From a virus (lineage: Duplodnaviria > Caudoviricetes), in the IMG/VR virus record IMGVR_UViG_3300009154_000059, positions 1 to 62,873 of that record: 62,873 nt of DNA. One strand, written 5' to 3'. Numbering within the stretch: position 1 is the first letter of the stretch; each line of letters opens with the position of its first letter. Both the position numbers and the translations under genes were made by a program. Below, in pieces: positions 1-12,000 of the stretch. The notes below the pieces were generated by a model. That model ran no database searches. It saw only the letters and a list, made by a program, of their open reading frames with translations, and had not been told where the DNA came from.

Positions 1-3000
1 AAAACAGAAGGTCTAAAATCTGTATAATATTCTGATGCTCTATATCCATCTCCATAAAGATTTATTTGTTTATATACATGTGCTCCTTTTTCATTAGTTA
101 AAGGAATTTTATTTCCTTTTTCATCTGGATAAGGAAGAAACACTTTTTTATATCCATAAACATCATATAGAGAATTATCTCCCTTAGATTTTCTTTGTGC
201 AAATTCTGATTTTGTCACACTCTGTCCTGTTTGCATATTAATATAATCTCCTGCAAATTCATTGTATATAACTTTAGAGATTTTTAAATACTCATCTTCT
301 ATATTATAAGAGTTATATTTTGGATCTAATAATAGTATTCTTCTATCTTTAGATTGTATTCCTATAGATTTTAAATTAGCAAAGTTAGGAGAGTTATATG
401 CATATATTTCATTTCCTAAACTATCTATTGCTATAGGAACAGGAATATCTTCTGATGATCTTGTAGAGCTATCAAAGAATCTAGGAGTGAATGTTGGCAT
501 TATGTCCTCATCTTTAAAGTTGTTTCTTTGAAACATTCCTTCTAAAAATGGATCTAGAGTTTTATCTGTTACTAATTGTTCTATTATAGGAGAAACAATA
601 TTACTATAATCTTCTATTGGAATAATGTTTTTAATAGAAATAGCAGATTGATAATTTCCTTGTAATAATGTAAGAGCTACAATATCTTTATATAGTCCTC
701 TCATTTCAGGATTATAATCTCTAAGTTCTCTCATCATTCCTGTATAGAAATTTTCATCATAAGCTGTCTTTTTATTTACATCCAGTCTAATGCTTTTAGC
801 CCCTCCTTCTATATTAGAAGTTACAGGTTGTAAATGTTTTAATATTTCTATAGAAGGGAATCTTTGTTTAGCTCTTTCTAGTTTAGAAACTACAGAGTCA
901 GCACTACTAACTAATAATTCTTTTACTCTATCATTAACTCCTGATTTTGTTTGTATAATATAATCTAAGAAAGAAGAACGTAGTTTATTAGCAATAGTTT
1001 CAAAACTATCGTTAGATAAAAATTGTTTATTTCCATATTGTCCTAATACAGAGTTTAGATAATATCTAAAAGGAGTGCTATCTAATTTCATAATAGAACC
1101 TATAGCTGAAGCTGATTTAGATAGTAGATTTTCTTTTTCTCCTATAAATGTAGTATCCATAACTTTCTTTACAGAAGAGAAAATATTGTTATTAATAGCA
1201 TTTTGTGTTCTCCATTGTTTTCTTGTAAATAAATCTACACTACTAAACTGTGTTGTATCATAGTTTGTAGCTTGAGTAAAGTTAAATAAATTCTCTGCCA
1301 TTTTAGCATACTTTAAAAACTCATCAAGTATAAGTTGTTGTTCTGCATTTTCAGATTCTGATAATTTATTTTCACTATATTTAGAAATATTATCCTCTAA
1401 AGAGTTTACATTAATAACACCTTTAGATAAAAACTCTGTTGTTGTTGGAAATGTATTTTTAATAAACTCTATGCTTTTTTTATTAAATAAGTTTTTAGAG
1501 TTTTGAGAATCTAACATTTTTAAATACTCTTCTATAATAGGTTGATTAAGAAACATAATTCCTGTTTCTCCTGCTCCTATAGATTCTAAAAACATAAAAG
1601 TAGATACTACTAAGTCTGATTTTATAACTTTTAATATAAAAGGATCTTTAGCTACATCCACAAATGCTGTAGCATAACCAGAAAGTCTTTGAGAGATTAA
1701 CTGTTTACCATCTGCTGTTTTACTTCCAGAGATAGAAACTCTACCTTCAGAATCTTTATTATGTGTTAAGATAATAGAGCCATTTCCTAATATTTCTTTA
1801 TCTCTAGCAGAAAGGTTTTCAAATTTAGAAGTGTCTAAATATATATTGGATTTTTGTCTAAGAGAAAGATTTGTAATATTAACTGCTGCAATACCAATCC
1901 ATCTTTTACCTGTAACAAAAGCATGTCTTAGAGTTGTCATATAGTTTTTATCTAAGATTCTGTTTTTAATTTTAGACTCATCTGTTCCTCTTAGTACATC
2001 TAATCTATCAGATATGTCTTTTAAACCAGCATCATCTACAGGAGAAATTAATTTTTCAAAGTTTTCTGGTAATTGTAATAGTTCTTGTAAAGAATCAAAA
2101 TATTCATTTTCTAATGCTTTAGAATACATTTTATTAACAAAATCTTTTTTAAGTTCTGCTTGTATGTTTTCATCAGAAAGAGTTTCTAGCTTTCTTTCTA
2201 TAGCATCTCTAAACTCATAAGGAGTTTCATAATCATTTTGAATAGATTTAATATACTCTCCATATTTATTTAATAAATTTTTATTATCTTCTAGTCCATA
2301 AATAAGAGTGTCTACAGCTTCTAATAACTCTGCTTTTTTAAACTGTTTTACAGCTAGAGTTTCATCAAATACTTTTGAGTAAAATTCTTTTGTTGTTTCT
2401 TCAGAGTCATAGTATTTAACTAGTTTTGGTAATCCTGTTTTATCTATATATATTGATTTTAAATATAAATTTAATTTATCAATATCAAAGTCACTTCCTG
2501 CTTTAGTTGTTATTTCAGCAGGAACAATAACTGTTTTACCCATAAATGCTGGTAAAAATCCTTTTACTTTAAAAACTTCTGCAGAAGATAAAGCTTGTGT
2601 AGGAATTCTAAATCCTATTCCATTTAATATTTTTCCTCCATCTGTAGAGTTTAAATATGCTAATAATTCTTCTTCTGTTTTAAATTTAGAAGAAGAAAGT
2701 AGTTTTTCTTTTACCCAAAAAGGAAGTAGTATTTCACAATAAGGATTTTCTTTTGTATAGAATTTTAATGTATCATCTGTTATTACTACAGATTTTTTTT
2801 CTTCTTCTGATAAAGTTTTATATTTATCTTGAGATATTTTTTGCCATCCTGTTGCTGTTTTTTGCATTAAAGCTCTATTCTTTTCAAACATTGTAACTGG
2901 AGCTTGTATATATCCTCCGCCTGTAACTGTAGGAGAGATTAAGGCTTTATTAACAAAAGAGAATAAAATGCTTCTTATTTGTGTATAAGAAGGAGAAGCT

Positions 3001-6000
3001 TCAAAAGGAAGAATAAAGTTTCCTTCTTCATCTGTTTTAATAGTGTCTTTAGCATTATCAGAAAGCTCTCTTCTCATTAGCTCATACATAAGATTTTCAG
3101 ATAATAGTGTACCATCTTCTAATTGAAAATTTGTACCCATATCTACAACTCCTAGTTTAGTTAATAAAAAGTTATACTTATCTTGTTGTAATTGATTTAA
3201 GATTCTATTATTTCTATCATAAGCTCTTTTAACTACTTGTTTTCTTTCTGGTGTTTCTCCTATTGGTTCTCCATTTTCATATAAGTCCATACTTGCCAAC
3301 TTAGTTAACTGAGAGCCCATAGTTCCTTCAGAACTAGTAGAATCTGTATCTACCTGTATTCCTAAAGATTTCCAACTAACTTTAATAGGGTTGATGAAAG
3401 GAGATTCATTAAAACTACCATCTTGGTTATATAATGAATTTGTTTCTTCTATACCAACTTTTCTACCTGACTCCATAACAGCATATCCAATATTTTCATT
3501 GAACATTTTATTATATAGTTTTTCAAGATTGGTTCCTTGCACCATTTTATAATATATAGGAAACAAAGAGTCTTTATCTAGTATTAAATCTATATTATTA
3601 GAACCATATTTAGAACCTGTTGCTATAGGTTTAAGTATGGCTAATGTATAAGAAGGTTCAGGAGTTTCTAAGAGTTTTTCATCTTGTTCTTTTAACTTTG
3701 AATTTGTGTATTCATACCCTGGCATATTTTGTCTTGTATATGCCATTTGCCATTGATGCCAAGTTTCTGCTTCATCACTCCATCTATATCCATCTTTAAG
3801 TTTAAGTTCTTTATACTTACTATCTATAATCCAGGCAGCAGCATCTGCCACTTCTGTTTTAGCATAAGCATCTCTAATTTTTTTAGGAACAGATTCATTA
3901 AAAGCAATAGACCCTACAACCACATCTGCTTTTAAAGTTATAGTTGGTATATAAGAATCATAAGTATTGTATCCTGGGTCTTTAGGAGATAGTTTTATTT
4001 CTCCTGCTTTGTTATATTGTGTATTTAAGAAATTATTAAACTCTGGAGAATCAATCATTGTTCTTCTTGGAGAAAAGAAAGAAGGAATTCTTTTTGTTTG
4101 ATCTAATTGATTTCCTTTTATTTTAAATTGATAAGGGTCTCCAAAGTATATTTTATGATATTCTATATTATTAATAACATGATTTATGTTAGTAAAGTTT
4201 AATATATTATCCAGCTCTTGTTCTGTTAAATTATTTTTATCTAGGTTTTGAGTTTTCTCAAAATTACCATCTAAAGTTTTAAAAGAAAATTTTCCATCTA
4301 ATTCTGTTATTTTATTGTTTTCTTTTAATATACTTTTAGTTACTTGAGATATAGGAGTTAAATAATTTTTAACATCTTCATTAATCTCTGTTTGATTAGA
4401 GGTTATATATTCTTTAATAGCTTCTAATGTAGAGCCATCCTCTATCATTTCATCTATTTTATTTAAATGTTTATCTCTAAGAATATCTTTAAAGAATCTA
4501 AGTTCTTTAGCTTTATTCCCTACATTAGCTAAATGAGCTCTATTATCAGCATCTAAAGCTAAGAGTATATCATCTTCTAAATATCCATTAAATATATCAT
4601 ATATTTTATTCCAGCCTTTTGTTGTTTCTAAATCTTTATAAGAAATAAAGTTTCCAAGATTGGACATCCATTCTGTAGATTTATCAGCATTAATAACTAC
4701 ATAATAATTACCATTAAGGTTTTGATTTATTTCTGTAGTAAATCTATCAGCTAAAGAGAGTTTAGCTGTAACAGTTCCTTTATTATTATCTTTATTACTA
4801 GTTCCTTGTATGTAAGAAGTTTTTAAAGATTTTATTCTATTACCTACTTTACTAAAAAAGTTTCCTCCTTGTTTTAATACTAAAGAGTTTGTAGAAAACA
4901 CATCATTTAATTCTGGTCTTGTTTGTTTTAATTCTTCTAAATCTTCAGACTCATTAAATTCATTTTCAAAAACAGATATATAGTTGTTTTCTGTATAAGC
5001 TCCTACTCTTTGTCCTTCTACTCCAAAGTATGTAGAGTCTTGATTAGGATTAGTTTTTTTATTATATAATTCTGCTAGTTTTTTTAAAGAAGAGTTTATA
5101 TCTAACACTTTACCTTTAACAGACATTATATCATTATTCTTTCCTAAATATGTTTTAATAGTGGAAACAGCTTTATTAAATTGTTCTCTTTCTGATTCTC
5201 TATTATTTCTTCCTTCAATTTTTAAAGATTTATATACATCCAATGGAAAATCAATACCAATTTCTTTTAAGAAGTTAATCATGTCTATAGGTTGTTTTAT
5301 AGGCATATTTTTTAACTTATCAGAATCAATTCTATATGTTTTAGTTGGCTGATTATATTTAATAAAAGAGTCATCAGATTGAGCCAATGCTTTCATATTC
5401 TCAATCCAATTTTGTTTTGTTTGCTCTATACTATTATATAAATTAGCAGGAGCTGTATAATATTCTCCATCAGCATTATACTGTATAAGAGCATCTGGTT
5501 TTTGTTTTGTAAATACTTGTATAAATTGTGTAAACAATCTCCAATCATCTTTTCCAAAGTTACTAGGATTAAAAGATATTGTTCCAGATTTCCAATCTCC
5601 ACCAAGTCTAGAGAATAAACTAATATAATTTACATCTCCTTTATAAAGCTCTACTAGTTTATCTATAGCTTCAGATGTTTTTGTTGTATTAGAAAGTTTA
5701 TCTAATAGAGTTGCAAATGTTTTACTAAAGTTTAATAATTTAAAACCACCTATAGAAGATAGTACTTCTTTAGGAAAATCTAAAGAAACTAAATTATCAA
5801 AATTGGTTGGTTCTCTTTCTAACATAGTAGCTAGAGTAAATCTAATAGCAAAAGAAGATTTATCAGATATAGAAAAAGGATTAGGAATATAATCATTTTT
5901 ATTAGCTCCTTCAGAGTTAATATCTACTTTATCTTCTTCATTAAAAGTTATACCAAGAGTTCTAAGATAGTCTTTTGTTTTTTCTTTTAATTCTTGCCAT

Positions 6001-9000
6001 GATTTATCTGATAATACATCTGATAAACCTGAAGCATCATATTCTTCTTTTATTTGAGAAAATAATTCTTCACTTGTTATTCTTTGTGGAGAAAACAATG
6101 TACCTTTATCTTTTTCATCAAATAATATACCTGCAGTAAGTCCAACCATATCTTGAACATACTCATGTGTTTGTTGTTCTGTTAAGTTTTCTACTGCTCT
6201 ATATTCTGGACCTGTAGGAGTAAGTTTATCTGTAACATTTTCTTTAAATCTTCCAGCATCAATTGCTTTAAACAGTTCTTCTTTTAATGATGGTTTAACC
6301 ACAAAAGATTTGAAGAAGTCCATAATAGATTTAAAGAACTTTCTAATATATTCTCCAAGAGTTCTAGCAGGAAGTTTACCAAGTCTATAATCAGCAAAAT
6401 CATCAGCTATTCTTTCTTTGACCATATTATCAGTTATAGTTTCATCACTATAACTATATTCTTTTCTAGAAGCTCTATCTGTGAATTTTCCTTTTTTATT
6501 TCTAAACTCTTCTAATATATTATTCTTTTCTTCTTCAGATAAAAAGTCTTTCCATATTCCTTCAAATACTTCATGATATTCTGTTCCTCTTAATCCTCCT
6601 TTAACAAATTTAGCAACTCCATCTTCAAATACTCCCCATGCTTTTTCTCCATCATGTGTTGTAATTATATTTTCTAATACTTCATAAGGAATACCAGGAA
6701 CATTTTTAGCATGCCATTCTTTGAATGTTTCTAAATCAGAGTCTGTCATTCTTCCTTCTTCTCCATTTGCTTTTAATCTAGTTCTACTAGCTCTATTTCT
6801 TAATGAAGTTTTTGGTTTAGGAGTTTCTTTATTTTCTAAAGCATCTAGTTCTGCATCAATTTTAGATTGATTTTTAATATATCCTTTAACATCCATTAAT
6901 ATTCCAACTACTCCCCAAGGGTTATTTGTACCAGTTTCTACTATTTTTCCATCTTTATAAATACCTGTTCTTTCTTTTTCTGCAAAAAAAGTAATTCTAT
7001 CACCATTATTAAATTGTAACTCATCATCTAAAAATTCAGTTTTGCCATCTGCTGTTTTACCACCAAAAATAGGAGTGCCTTTTGGTAATACTTTCATTTG
7101 AGTAGCTCTTGTAAAAGTATTTCTTCTTTCTATATCAGCTTTTTTAGCTTCTATATCTGTGACAGGATTTTTTTTATTTTCTAAAGTAGTTAGTTCTGTG
7201 TCATATCCACCTTTTCTCCAAGCAGCAAAAGATTGTTTATTATTACCTATTTCTGGAGCATCTGTAGTTCTATCTTTAATATATTGTAAAAGCATTATAT
7301 TCTCATTAGCTAAAAGTTTATACTTATATTGTATAAAATTCATAGCCTGATCAATTGTTATCTCTTTATTTAATATTTTTTGAATAATAGTTTCAATTTC
7401 CTTTTCTGCTTTTATTGCATCATTGCCAGATAATACACCATCTTGTTCTGTGCGTATTGGGATAAAACCTTTGTTATCTCCTCTAGTGGCTTCAGCTTCT
7501 GCTTCTTTTATATCTTTACCAAGTTGTTGCCATTCAGCCATGTTTTCTTTTGGTACAACTCCATCAGATCCTCTTAAAGAATTTCTTTTATCTTTTAAAT
7601 CTTGAACATTTTTTTCAAGTAATGCTTGTTTTTCTATATTATCTTTCTTATCTATATCTGTAATAGGTTCTTTTGTTTCTTCTACTGTGGGAGTTTCTTG
7701 TTGTTGTTTTTCTAATTCAACTATTTGTGCTGCTATTTTTTGGCTTATAAAGTTTATAACATCTTGTTTACCTACTGTGTCTGTAGAAAGAATTTGTTTT
7801 ATTACTTCTACAGATTTAGGGTTTTCTAAAACTTTATCTATTGTTTCTGTATTATTAGATTCTTTTACTATTATATCTCCATCTTTAGAAAGAGTAAATA
7901 ATATAGGACCAGAGCTTACTCCTGTATATGTATTCTCTGTTACTCCATCAGCTATATAATCTCCTATTTTAGAGGCTTCTTCTTTTGGTGTTATGGTTTC
8001 TTGTTTAGCTATAGGAGTTTCTACATTAGGGAATTCTAATGTTAATTGTAATGTAGCATATTTACCTGTAAAAGAATATGGTTTTATTTCTGTAGGTTTA
8101 GCTATAGAAGTAGTTAGAGGTGTATTATCTGTTGATCTTTTTGAAGAGTCTGGGTTAACAGAAGATAATAAATAAGTTTGGTAATTTTTCCATTCTATTG
8201 GTGTAATATTACCTTCTTTATCTGCTGTATATTCTATAAAGGGTTCATTAAAGTTTTGAGTTAATGATTTATTATTTACAGATAAATAAGCTTCTTTTAT
8301 ATCATTAAGGAGTTCTTGTTTATTAGATTCTAATTCAGAAAGAGCATAAGAGTTCTTTCCAATATTAAAAGTCATTTTATTAGTATCTATTCCTATTTGA
8401 TTAGGGGAGATTGTATCTGATTTAGATTTCCAATAAAATATATTCTCTAAAAAAGAAGAAAGTTTTTTGTTTATAACTACTTTTCCTTTTTCAGAGTTTG
8501 TAATAATTTCATCTGCTATAGATTTTATAACATAATAAATAGAGTTAGCTTCTTTATCATTAAACTTTCTATTGTTTAAAAACTCAAGAACATCTTCATT
8601 TTTAATAATAGGAACTCCTTTAGGGTATTTTAATAACTCTCCATTATGAGAAATGGTTTCTGTTGTATTAAGAGTTATAAGTCCTTGTGTATTTTCTATT
8701 TCTTCTTGAGTTGCTAATATTCCTTCTATATGATTAGATTCTCTTTTTCCTTCTACTGTATTTTTAATACCTCTTCCTTTTGATACTACAAAAGAATAAG
8801 GAGCAGTAGGATTTTCTTTTTGAAAATAGTTTTCTCTAAATGCTTTATACCCTGCTTGATTTTTTTCTGCTAGTTCTTGTTGTTGTAATCTAAATCTAGG
8901 TTGACCACTCTCTTCATAAAATAAAGAAGTGGTGGGCATAGTTTCTACTACTAGTTCATTTATATCTACAGGTTCTCCAACTTTACCTATTCTCTCTCCT

Positions 9001-12000
9001 TTAGAGTTAATATAGTATTGTTCTTTTCCTTTTACTTCAATATATAATTGAGCAAGGAATCCTTTATTAACATCATTTACATCTGGAATATCATTTACAT
9101 CAGAGTCTATTTCTCTTCCATACATAGATTGTATTAATCCATTAAGTTGTAATGTTTCTACAATTTTAGGAGTAATAAGAAGAGCTCTTATATTAAGTTT
9201 ATTTGGAAGATTTCTAAAATTATTAAATAATACTCTAGCTCTTACAACATGTGGATTTGTAATACTTTCTTCAGCAGGAGATGTAGAGGAGATAAACAAT
9301 CTATCAGCATCTTTTAACTCTCCTTGAGATTCTATTCCTTCTTTTATAATTTGTTCAGGAGAAATTGTAGGAACTACAGAAGTGTTTAATTCTATTTCTC
9401 TTTGTTGAGCATCTAGTGTTTCTTTAAACTTAGCTAATTTTTCTTCTGGAGTTTGTACTTTAGAATATCCTTGTAATCTATCAGGAGGAATATTTAATAT
9501 ATCTCCATTAATATCTTGTATTTTTACTGTACCATCCTCATTAATAGAAATTACTTTTATTTTTTCAAGATTTTTATTTTCTTTATCTAAATCTTCTGCT
9601 TCTTTTAATGCTTCTTCTTTAGAGTTTGAATAAGATACTTCTCCGTTTGATGAAGTTATTTTATATCTACTATCTTCTAGTTTTTCAACCTTTGCTTTTT
9701 TAATAAAAGAAGAAATATATTCTCTACCTTCTTCTACATTTTCTTTTTCTTTTTGTTTGTTTTTAAATACAGGTGTTTCTGTTTCATTAGAAACAGTTCT
9801 TTCATCAATATCATTATTTTCTAATTCTTTTTCTTGTTCAAAAAATCTTTTAAAACCTTTTTCACCAGAAAGAAAAGAAATAAAATCTGCTGTTTTTTGT
9901 TTAGCACTAGTAATTTTATTTATATCTGTACCATATTCTAGTAACTGCTTAATATTTCCTATATTAACAGTATCTTTACTTGTAGCATAATTTCTATTTA
10001 ATTCATAATTAAACAAATCTACTTTACCTGCAAGAGTTGGAGATTTTAACTCTAAATTAATTTTCTCAGAAGCTGTTCTTAAAGATTTAACTTCATCTTT
10101 TATAGATTTTTTAGTTTCATAAGAAGAGCTATCATTAATTGTGTTTAATAAACGTAGTGCTTCTTGTTCATATGTTTTTGATAATTCTTTTAATTGGTCT
10201 TCATTAGTAAGTTTAGAAAGCATTTCAGAGTTAATCAATGGATTAATTTTCATTAAATCCAAATCTATAGAAGAAAGTCTTTCTTTCCAATTATTTATTT
10301 GACTTGTAGAATGTATTAAGTTTAATTTATATTCTTCAAAAGTATCATGTCCTTTATTAATTAAAAAATCATCCTCTGTTTTTGGGTTAATTACAGATTT
10401 AAAAGGATTAATAAATGTAGAACTAATACTATCATGCATTTCTTTAATTTGATTAGCATGAGAAATTAAACTATTTACATATTCATTAACTGTAGATTTA
10501 TTAGATTGTGATAACTCTAAACCAAAAGTTTTTTCAAATTCATCTTTTGGAAGTTCTTTTAACAAATTTAACTGCTCTATTGTAACATCATGCATATTAG
10601 AAGGAATTCTAGAATACACAAAATTAAAAAAAGCATCATGTTGTAAATTTTTATATTTAAATACATTCCCAGATTTAGCTGCTTCTTTCATTTCTAAAGC
10701 TATACCTAATGAGTTTAATGTATTATCATATTTATTAGCAAGTATACCTGTTAATCCATATCTATTTAAAACATTTATAGACTCATTTATTTCTTTAGAA
10801 ACTCCTTCTCCTGTTTTTCTATCATAAACATTTTTACCTACATGTCCTAATAAAGCTGTAATAGCACCTGCTATCATATTTTCAGCACCCTCTGTTGTAT
10901 TAAACTGATCGTGCAATCCTTTTAATGTAGAAGTTGTCACCTCTTTTAAAGTGTTCCAATTTTCTAAATTATTTTTATTATCAGGATTTTTATATTTTCT
11001 AGTATAATAATCATAAGTTCCTCTTTCTACAGCATATTGTCCACCCTCTTCAAAAACTCCTTCAGAAAATAATTCAGGAATAACTGGTTTTGCTACATCC
11101 CATATTTTACCATAAATAGAAGAGGGTGTCTTTTTTTCAAATTCATTTAAAGAACCTTCTTTAAGTCCTATTTTACCAGATTCTGCTATTTCTCTAGATA
11201 AAGAACCTTCTACCCCTTTATTTGCACCTACAATAGATTTAAATAAGTTATCAAATTGTACAGCATTAGAAACAGTAAGCAATGCCATGTTAACACCAAA
11301 TCTAACATTCATTGCATCTGTAGCATAGTTTTCTATTTTTTGTAAATCTTCACCAATTGGTTCTTCTCCATAATGAGAACTTTTATAAGAGTTTATTAAC
11401 TCTTCTCTAACTTGTCTATAACCATCTCTAGATTCTGTACCAGATTCTGTTTGTGATGCTCCCCAAGTAACCATTCCATATCTAAGACCTGTAGTTACTT
11501 TTTGTGCAGCAGCTAAGTTTGCTAATTTTTGTATCCTATTTAAACTCTCTTCTGATTTTCCAGCAAGTTGAGCTAGTTCTAATATTTTATCTACCTTATT
11601 TGTTCCTCCTGCTAATTTATTTAAATATAAGGAAGCTTTTCCTATTTGTTCTGCTATTAATGGAAACTCACCTATACCTCCTGTAACTGCTCCTACAGCT
11701 AAATCTGTAACAGCAGAACCAAGTATAGCTCCTCCCATAAATCCTAAATTTTTAATAACAGACTCTCCCCAAAAGTTTGCAGATCCTGGAGCAAAAGGAA
11801 TTATTCCTAAATAAGGATGTGCTTTTTCTTCTCTAGAAACATAATTAGGAAGAATGTCTTCAAAGTTTTTTACCCAGTTATCTATAGTTCCTTCATAACC
11901 ATTAGGGTCTCCCGAGAGTTTAGAAACATCTCCATTTTTAATAGCAGAAATAGTGTTAGGAATATCTGTCAAAGATTGAGCAAATGTACCAACTAAATTA

